A program made the translations under genes and the position numbers. Source: Octopus sinensis (taxonomy: Eukaryota). From it: a DNA stretch of 64,000 nucleotides. This document shows positions 54,971 to 64,000 of the stretch, piece after piece (positions within the stretch are counted from its first letter, which is position 1; every line of letters begins with the position of its first letter). Where the stretch lies: NCBI RefSeq assembly GCF_006345805.1, contig NC_043005.1, positions 69,564,001-69,628,000 on the forward strand. Direction: 5' to 3'. The notes below the pieces were generated by a model, which did not search any database, was not told the DNA's origin, and was given only the letters and a program-made list of their open reading frames with translations.

Positions 54971-55845
54971 CCAAGTGTTCCGATAATGTAATGCACCAAC
55001 ATTTTTGAAACAATAAAACTTGTGGTGTAGAAAAATTAAGCTGCTGATTATACGTTTATTACAAGAGGCCTTGAAAATCAATGAACTTTGGGAAATACCC
55101 GCATCAATTCAAAATAGAATTATCCATTTTAATCTGTTTAGGCGTGAAACAGATTGGAATGGTTCCTAGTAAAAGCTATCAGACATATCAAAAAGCCTTT
55201 TAGGAAGTGTTATATTTGTAAGATTTTTCCCCACTGTATTGTGGCTTCTTTTTATTCATATTTCCATTAGAGCCCAATCTCTTTTGCATACATTTCTTGT
55301 GGCAGAAGCCATGTTTATATTAATTATATATCTTTATCGAAATGTATAATTCCGTTTATTTATCTTTAATGCATTTATAAACTCTGTATCATTTTCGCCA
55401 ATGACCAACATCATCATCATCATTCAATGGATTCAATCACAAATATATAATAGGATATTAATATTTCTGAGAGCATTGGCTAAAAGTAATAAAGAAAACA
55501 TATCAACGATGGGAAGGATATAAATATAAAAAAGAGGATTATGAATATAAAAAAAAAAATTTATACTGAAGACATTCAAAATTTTACGTTACACTGCTGT
55601 GAGATTCAGCTCGTACATTTTTCATCATTTTAAAATTAGTACATGTGCTTAATTATCAATCACCTTAACTTTGGAAAATACATATGTCGATGGTATTCAA
55701 CTTCAGTATATATATATATATATAATATATAAGATAGCTTATAAAAATACACACATACATGAACATAAAAAACACACATTCATACTTATAGACATAGAGT
55801 AATATATCTCTATATTTCTGCCAGTCTCTTTGTGTCTGTCTGTCT

Positions 55846-55891
<46 letters not shown>

Positions 55892-55970
55892 TATATATAC
55901 ATATATTGATAAAATAGTCAGAAAACAAGAGAATGAAAGATACTTCGATATTATGTAAATAGAGGAATTT

Positions 55971-56183
55971 ATCTGTAAATGTAATACGTGGCAATTATTT
56001 GGATGCCGGGATGGAAATCCACGCCGCCATCTCTTCAGTTATCCGGCCATCGTAAAAACGCTATGAAAAATAACTGAATAACGGATAACTGAATTAATGG
56101 CGACGTGGATTTCCACCTCGGCATCCGAAAGTCGGAGTTTTATCATGGCTACCGAATAATTGTCACATATTGCATTTACAGAT
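55971..56183. repeat. Foldback inverted repeat
   Basis: Inner arms 56001-56045 and 56082-56126 match at 39/45. Outer arms ATCTGTAAATGTAATACGTGGCAATTATT and AATAATTGTCACATATTGCATTTACAGAT also pair. Confidence 0.9.
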
Positions 56184-56244
56184 ATATATGGTGCCCAAGC
56201 ATGGCCGCGGCCTTCGGGCTACAACATTTTTAAAGGATTTTAAG

Positions 56245-56285
<41 letters not shown>

Positions 56286-57365
56286 GTATGTATGTATGTA
56301 TGTATATATATATATTTATAAATACAGTGGGAGAGAGAAAGAAAATATAGACATAGTAATATAACTATTTATTACTCTCTGTCTATGTATGTGTATAAAT
56401 GTGCATATGTATTAACTAAAACAAATGCAATCAAGAAGCTACTGTATTCGTCTCTTGACATCCGTACGTAAAGCTATCTCAGAATGCATTGCTTCTGTTG
56501 TGTATAATAGTGTGTTATTCAAGATGGCAGCAGTAGACATTCACCATAACAGTAAATATTTCATTCACTGTCTCCTATGGAGCCAGGGTGACAAATGTCG
56601 TCCAAGTATGTAACTACATGACATTGTTGAAATTCAGCTACTTCGAGATATAATTAGCATGATCGCAAACAATTATTGCCATGATTCTACACTTCTTCCA
56701 ATATATATAATGGTTCTAATAACAATACCCTCATAAGGGATATCATTTTTATCCGAATGCCGCAGGAAATTGCTCTTCAACGGTGTACTGTCTTGAGTAT
56801 GATGCATGCACCTCTCTCCCTCTTCCATTCAGTCGCTTCCCTACACTGCATCTTCCATTATATGTGTGTGCTCGCGTTTGTGCACGTGTATTTCACGTAT
56901 ACACACGTACACACTTACACACACATACATAAAGGCGTATGTACGTATGTCTACATGATTGTGTGTATGTTTATGCCTGGTGATTTGTATTAAAATAGCC
57001 GATAATTTATTCATTTAGATTCATCAGTCTTAAAAAATAATTTGCTTTTTAATGTTACATCACTCAATGTTAGGTTCCATTGTTATATTTAGTTATATAT
57101 ATACACATATAAATATGTATATATGTGTATGGACATATATATATATATATATACATTCATACGCACACACATACACGAACACGTTCATACATATACACAC
57201 ACACACACAGACACACACACACACACACACACACGCATATATATATATATATACCTTATACACTAGCATTTCTTTTCATGTTATACTTTCTTCCAATATA
57301 TGCGTTTGTCTAGGCTCCTCTTTTAATCGAGTTCAGACACTTACCTCAGACGAAATCCTTAACAA

Positions 57366-57394
57366 CTGACTGCGTTTTGTTTAAACGCAGTTAG
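57366..57394. repeat. Short 12-bp hairpin
   Basis: CTGACTGCGTTT-tgttt-AAACGCAGTTAG. Confidence 0.8.
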
Positions 57395-58094
57395 CGGTCT
57401 TCTTCGTCTACGGTACCCATCTTTGTTTTCATAGATTTCACCTACTACCTCTTATTACTTAATTTGTTTACGTTTCCTTGTTGTAGGTCAGACACGATAC
57501 TCAGACTGAATGAAACTTATTTTGTCAAAATTCTTTATTTTTACACTTTTTTCTCTTTTCTTCCCCTTTCTTACTATCTTTATATATTTTTACACGTTAT
57601 CAACTGATTTCTTTCTCATACGCTTTCGTAGTTCACACTTTCTTATCACTTCTTACCTCGTTTTGTTTTTCTTCCCCCTCACTGTTATCTTATAGACTTC
57701 TCAGTTGAATTTCTTCTCCATTTCTTTTTCCTAGATCTCATACACTAATGTCTCTACGTTTTTGGCACTTTGATTATATAAATTTTTAACGTCACCATTT
57801 CATCTTGCACATATATCCTTCCGTCGTATTTGCTATATTCTTTTCTGAAGTTCATGTGCAATATATATATATATATATATATATATAGGTGCATGAAGGA
57901 ACCTGTTATCCCTCATTAAATGATTTGGCATGATGTTGTTTTGTAATGTTTACTCCTAATTAATGTAAAGAATAAAGTCGTAGTAATATTCACTATTCAG
58001 GGGAGAGTTCAAAACAGCTGTAAATATATCCCTATAACACCCTCCTTTTCGAAAACAAATTAATAAAAATATTCCAATTATTACTTTACTTCTT

Positions 58095-58495
58095 TACTTT
58101 TTTACTTCTTTCAGTCATTTAACTGCGGACATGCTGGAGCACCGGCTTTTGTCGAGCAAATCAACGTCAGGACTTATTCTTAGGAAGTGTAGTACATATT
58201 CTATCGCTTTCTTATGCCAAACCGCTAAATTACGGGGACGTAAACACACCACCATCTGTTATAAAGCGATGTTGGAGGAGGAAAACACAGTTACACAAAC
58301 ATATACACTCATATACGCACAAACATATATATATGTACATATATACGACGTGATTCTTTAAGTTTCTGTCTACCAAATCCACTTACAAGGATTTGGTCGG
58401 CCCCAGGTTATAGTAGAAAACACTAGCCCAAGGTGCCACGCAATGCGACTGAACCCGGAACCATGTGGTTCATAAGCAAGCTACTCACCACACAC
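58095..58495 (-). mobile_element. SINE family 1
   Basis: Colinear with 7508-7928 and 30035-30418. Confidence 0.88.
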
Positions 58496-61400
58496 GCTTC
58501 TCTTTTCATATGGTTTTATATCGGCTATAGTATATTTTTTCTACCTATATCATTTGATTCTAGAGTAACTGCACCAATTAAGTAGTTGAATTATAAGAAC
58601 TGGAACTACTTCTGCGCTTATTTGCTGCTTACCTATACTTCAGTAAGTAGCCTTGTATCCATTCTGTGTGTATACACATATATATATGCAAGTGTGATCA
58701 TATGAAAAAAGAAAAAAATGATAGATAAAAATAACTCCATACATTAAAAAAAACATACGAAAACCATACACTGCAATACATATGATGAATTTAAGGTAGT
58801 CAAAATAACAATTACAGTGCAAACACAGTGGAAGTTTAAATAAAAACGTAATTAGAAACGAGCTGATTTATCAAGATTATAATGAGAGGTTGCATTATAT
58901 TTTAGACGCTCCTCATTCAACACGAAATCATCGATCATATATACGAAGAGAAATATATAGAGATTGCTAGCTAATCGAGACTCAAATATTAACTTTGCTT
59001 AAATATCTTAGATGAATTTCTACAACAGTTATTTCTTATCTTCCTGATTGAATGATTAATAATAATTTTATTCACAAATACCGTATATTAATAAATTCTA
59101 AGGTGCAGAAAATTTATTTCGAATGTTATTTATACAGCTTTTTATCCAATGAACACAGGTATAAGTAATTTTTCACATTTTCATTCTATTTTCGCCCTTA
59201 AGAATGCAAAGAAATGCTGTTTAAGTTACACATAACACGAAACTTACTTGAAATAAGTAATTAACAGTTATGCCGATTATAAGAGGCATGATAAAATAAA
59301 TATTGAAAAATATAATTAAGGTAAACCTCTGGCTCTTCTTACCCTGCGTAAAGAAAGTATATTTAATGTTACGTTTATCAGAGGGCCTATTATATACAAG
59401 TATTTACTGTGATATTTCAGCTATTTCAGTTATTTTAGCTTAATCAGAGTAGTGTGTGTCTTGGACACTTAGCAGTCAATACATGACACAAAAGCTTTTG
59501 TATCGTTCTTTTCATTTAAGAATGTGTATAAGTGTTGGTTCCGGTTCTGTGAGACATCACCTTGTGTTGCTTAAATGGTAGAACAAAATATGACTTTGTA
59601 AATCAAGAAGACAGTCAATTGTTCCCACTGCCAATAGGTTTTGAAAATCAATAGCAATGTAAACAGCAACAAAGCCAACATCGAGGAAAGCAATACAAAA
59701 GATAGTGATTTGAAAGGAACACAACTATTACCACCACTGCTACCAGCAGAACTGTGCGAAATAACAACACTATTAATGATCATGAATACGAGAAGGAGAA
59801 AGTCCAAATTGTCTGTTCCCCAAATCTGTAGCATTCACCTCCGCCAACGCCAATAATATTAACAGCACGACACCCTAATTAACAAATCCAAAGTTATCGT
59901 GTTCGCAAACTCTGTACTACTCGAGAAAGTAATTAAATTAATATTTTACTAAACAGAAGATTAGATATTCTAGAATGCATCGGCAAGAATATGAAAACTG
60001 TAATTCATAGAACACTAGAAATAAAATGCCGGAAATTAGACCAGCGTTACTCTATAAAATAATACGACGTATTTCTATTTACGTTGGTTCATCAAAACGT
60101 ATGTCGAGTAATGAAGCATGATAGAGGAGTTTGTTTTTGCCGACAGAGGATGAGGCCACGAAGTGCTGCAAAACAACACTAAAAATTCATGAGCTTGTCC
60201 TCAAACCAATCTACCCTGGCTGCAGAATAGTAAGGATGAAGATTATGGATGTGTCCCCAGAAATAAATGTCTGCTTGTTGCTATGTGGTGCGATTTGTAA
60301 TGAAAACAAAACAAACATTTAACGGTTTGCAGATCTAGGCACTGAACAAATATCGGTCAGGCTAAATGAGGGAGCTAATAATTAAAAAATATCAAGTAGT
60401 GCGGAATCGATCCCAACCACGTCAGCATTCCAGAAGTCACAGAAATGCATTTCATTGATGAAGTCAGAAAGCAAATATGCCGCTTTTGTGGTGGCAGGAA
60501 AACTCTCTTGGATATATGTCCACTAGATGTTAAATCATCGTTTATATCGCCAACATCGCTAAAACAGCAATGACACTAACAAAATAAGCTGAAGTGGGAA
60601 GAACTGTAGAATGCACACACATCTGAAAGATTGATATCGAAAAGAAATGCAATATTAAAATATGATGCTGGTAATGTAATATTAACATAAGCTGCAAGAA
60701 CAAAAAAAGGAACAGAAAATTCACCAAGGATGGAAACACTTGCAGAAATAGAATCAACGAAATAAACATAGGCATCGGGTTTCATAATTTCACCAACAAC
60801 ATTAGCGACAGAAAGCCCCGAAATAATGTGAAACATATCCTTTGGAAAGGTGACGGACACGAAAGCAAATATTGAGGCGTATCAAAGATAAAATAAGGAA
60901 AAAAAAGAAAGTAATGGAACAAAACAAAATAGCTAAGAGTTACAGACACAAATCCAAAGAACGACACAAATATGCATTCTCCAAATACAGGAACGCATAT
61001 TCCACTACCATTATCTCCATTCCTATCATCACCTCTTACTCCTGTCGTGGACGTTCTGAGGATGGGTATTGTGGAAACCTGAGGTATGTAGGCAATTTTG
61101 GAAGCAAGACGAACATGCTCAGCTTCCCCATGTAACTTAGATATAGCTATTGTTGCTATTAGTGAGGCAAAAATGTTTCTGCGTATATGAGCTCAACTTA
61201 TATTTAAATTGACGGCAAATGGAAGAAGAAATTGGTGTATTATTCCGTAAGTTACTAGATCTCATGACACAGGAAAACCTTTTGGACCCAGATTGTGAAT
61301 GTGCTCTCCCTGGTGTGAATAAGAGTGACGAGTATACCTTCGGATTAGTTAGTGTTTATGATGCTAGAGGCCAATGAAATATCTCAGTCTTTATTGCTAG

Positions 61401-61509
61401 TTGGCATCCAGTAGACAATCGTTAAAGTATAATTGGATTGTATGGAGCTAGCTAATGGGATGACGGTAAAAATTCTTAGCACAATTTAGTTCGTTTTTGC
61501 TTTGTGAGA

Positions 61510-61645
61510 TCAAATTCTGCAGAGGTCGACTTTGCTTATAATGTCTTTCGCAATCCATAAAAGAAGTACTCTTTGAGCACTTTGATGTAATTGACCAACC
61601 ATCCGTCGAAAAAATTCAGACCTTGTGCTTATAGTGGAAAGGATT
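61510..61645 (+). mobile_element. SINE family 2, degenerate fragment
   Basis: CAAATTCTGCAGAGGTCGACTTTGC...AAAATTCAGACCTTGTGC. Confidence 0.6.
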
Positions 61646-62524
61646 ATATTTGGTGTCGTTAAGGTCTTCTTCGATTCATCATTAAACTTCATTTCTTTTT
61701 ACACTGATTTCGAAAGACTCAGTTTGAATATTTTCTATGAGATTTTGATCAATTTATGAAGCTACTGAGAAGCTGGTTAGTTCTTTTTTGGTTTGTCGTT
61801 TTGGCATGGTGTAAGTCTAGAGTATATCAGTTTAACAAAATTCATAATATAACGTCGAGGTTTTCGACAAAACGTGAGCTTCAGGTGCAGCAATTTGATC
61901 TGCATTTTAAACGCTGAATTAACAATCTTAATCCAACGCAACATCACCTGCAGCTTTGCTGATCAAAAGAGTAAGTCAACGAAAAAAGAATTATCATATT
62001 AACAAAATCGGACAGCGAAATAGTAATAATACACTACCATGAATGACATCAGAATGAACGTTAACACAAAAAATAGTAGTGAATGTACCAGCAAATGCAA
62101 TGACAACTGGTGTTAAGAAAAACACATAGAAATAGCAATATTCACAGCAACTATAAGGAAAAAACTGTAAAAACCGTTGCAAATGAGAGGGGAATATAAA
62201 TTATTTAACTGTGGCATCAACATATCTAGGAATATGTCCAACATGCCACCAACGTCAGCAAAATCATTGACAGTAAAACTTTAACAAAGAGTCGACCTAT
62301 ACAGGCAATCGTACTGGGACTAGTTCCACTGAAGTGGTTCGGACATGATAAACTATTTTTTCTTATTTTTCTTAGAACTGAAAAATGCTAAATATTTTGC
62401 AAGCTGATTTGGCTGTTATGCATCTTTAAACAAATTGCAAAAGTTTCTGAACAAAGTAAATGAATGATTGTTAGACAGAGTCCAGGTACCTAGAGAAGCA
62501 GAAGAAGCGACTCACTATTAAATT

Positions 62525-62760
62525 CAAGGTGGCGATCTGGTAGAAACGTTAGCACACCGAGCGAAATACTTATTAGTAATTCGTCTGCCATTATGTTCTA
62601 TGTTCAAATTCCGTCGAGGTCGACTTTGCCTTTAATCCTTTCGGGGTCTATAAATTAAGTACCAGTTACGCACTGGGATCGATGGTATCGAGTTAATTCC
62701 ATTTGTCTGTCCTTGTTTGTCCCCTCTATGTTTAGCTCCTCATGAACAATAAAAAATAAG
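62525..62760 (+). mobile_element. SINE family 2
   Basis: AAGGTGGCGATCTGGTAGAAACGTTAGC...GAGGTCGACTTTGCC...AAGTACCAGTTACGCACTGG. Confidence 0.88.
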
Positions 62761-63679
62761 AATTAAATTCAAGACCTCAAAAACCAATCTGCGTCTCCAG
62801 AATATATACAACACTAGTGTGAAAAAGATTCGGCTCAATGGAAGTAAGATTACCGATCGAAGAGGGGGCAAAAGCTCACTGTATATTACTCATGTAGTAT
62901 AAGTTTAGTATAAGTTTTAATTCGAAATTTTCCAGTAGATTTATTTGTTGTGGCTATATCGTCAAGAAAACTAAATTACTGCAGCATTATTTCTTCCACT
63001 TTGGCATATTCACTTTCGTCGAGTTGATACATATAAACACCATCTTTCAGTAACAAGTATTTTACGTTTGCAATTGCATTAGCCACATACGTGATATGAA
63101 ACAGCTTCAATCGGAAATCGAACGCGGCTGGTGCTCGCCATAATTTATTTAAATTTATACGCAGACTAATGGTGAGTTATAAATATGCATTAGTCTTTTC
63201 GATTTTCCGTGAAATTGAATTATATCAAATACAGTAGGTGAAATATGTTCTGAATTCGAGCGAAAGTGATATGACTGTGTATTTCCTCACATATTTTTGG
63301 AGCGAAATAGAGATTATCGATCACCTTGCAGTGAAACGTCATATTGATTAACGTCGTTAGTTTCAATTCATAATTAATACCTATAGATACAAATTAATAA
63401 TATCAACATCTACTTAAATTTATTCTACTGTATTAAGGAAGAGCTTAGAACTTACGGATGTTTTGACATTAAAATGTGAAAAGTTTATGTATATATTAGT
63501 AGTATTCGTTTTAAGTTTTGGCACTAGGTCAGCAATTTCGAGGCAGGAGAAGTACGAATATATCGAGCTCAGGACTGAAGGCAAAGTCAACGTCTGTGGA
63601 ATTTCAACTCAAAACGCAAAGACGGATGAAACGTGGCTATGCTATTTGCTCGATGACCTGACACTTCTTATTTCATTAT

Positions 63680-64000
63680 TGCCCACAAGGGGCTAAACAT
63701 AGAGAGGACAAACAAGGACATGCAAAGGGATTATGTCGATTACATCGACCCCAGTGCGTAACTGGTACTTTATATATCGACCCGAAAGTATGAACGGCAA
63801 AGTCGACCTCGGCGGAATTTGAACTCACAACGTAAGGGCAGACAAAATACCGCTAAGCATTTGGCCCGGCTTGCTAACGATTCTGCCAGCTCGCCGCCTT
63901 AGACGTTGGTCACAATAGTTTCAAATTTTGGCACAAGGCCATCACTTTTGGGGTATGGGTAGCTGATTTTATCGGCCTCGAAACGATGAAAGACAAAGTC
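63680..64000 (-). mobile_element. SINE family 2 full copy (63680-63900) plus a second partial copy running off the window end
   Basis: TTCTGCCAGCTCGCCGCCTT head; second tail GGCACAAGGCC...GATGAAAGACAAAGTC. Confidence 0.88.

Noticed and set aside
60147-60229. Plus-strand exon candidate (DEATKCCKTTLKIHELVLKPIYPGCRI) and an ATG|gtgagt donor at 63169-63177
   Set aside because: Isolated splice-like signals with no supporting neighbours or recognisable product; these are expected by chance in 64 kb.

Overview
This is an AT-rich, microsatellite-dense, repeat-dominated animal genomic window. It is most consistent with an octopus (coleoid cephalopod); that is an inference from the tRNA-SINE families, the Tx1-like LINE, the mariners and the long (TA)n/(CA)n tracts. 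No intact gene or uninterrupted long ORF is present, and most ORFs in the supplied track are translations of microsatellites or decayed repeats. Transposon remnants recognised from conserved motifs: a Tx1/L1-type LINE ORF2 (1-1920, -), two decayed mariner transposases (15860-16910 + and 39906-41190 -), an R4/Dong-like restriction-like-endonuclease LINE 3' end (42440-43050, +), a Penelope-like RT fragment (51290-51720, -) and more than 20 copies of four tRNA-derived SINE families. Manual splice-site reading gives several candidate minus-strand exons (47749-47822, 33498-33597, 27183-27313, a terminal exon near 26983-27097, and 8912-9022) of an unidentified gene or genes. The most interesting features are: (i) an exon chain whose best frame is broken only by a UAG created at a splice junction; (ii) a back-to-back pair of 73-nt tRNA-like heads forming a palindromic element; (iii) a 34-bp pri-miRNA-shaped hairpin; (iv) several local template-switch or foldback rearrangements. 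None was checked against databases. SINE family numbers 1-4 are my own labels, and most repeat boundaries are approximate.
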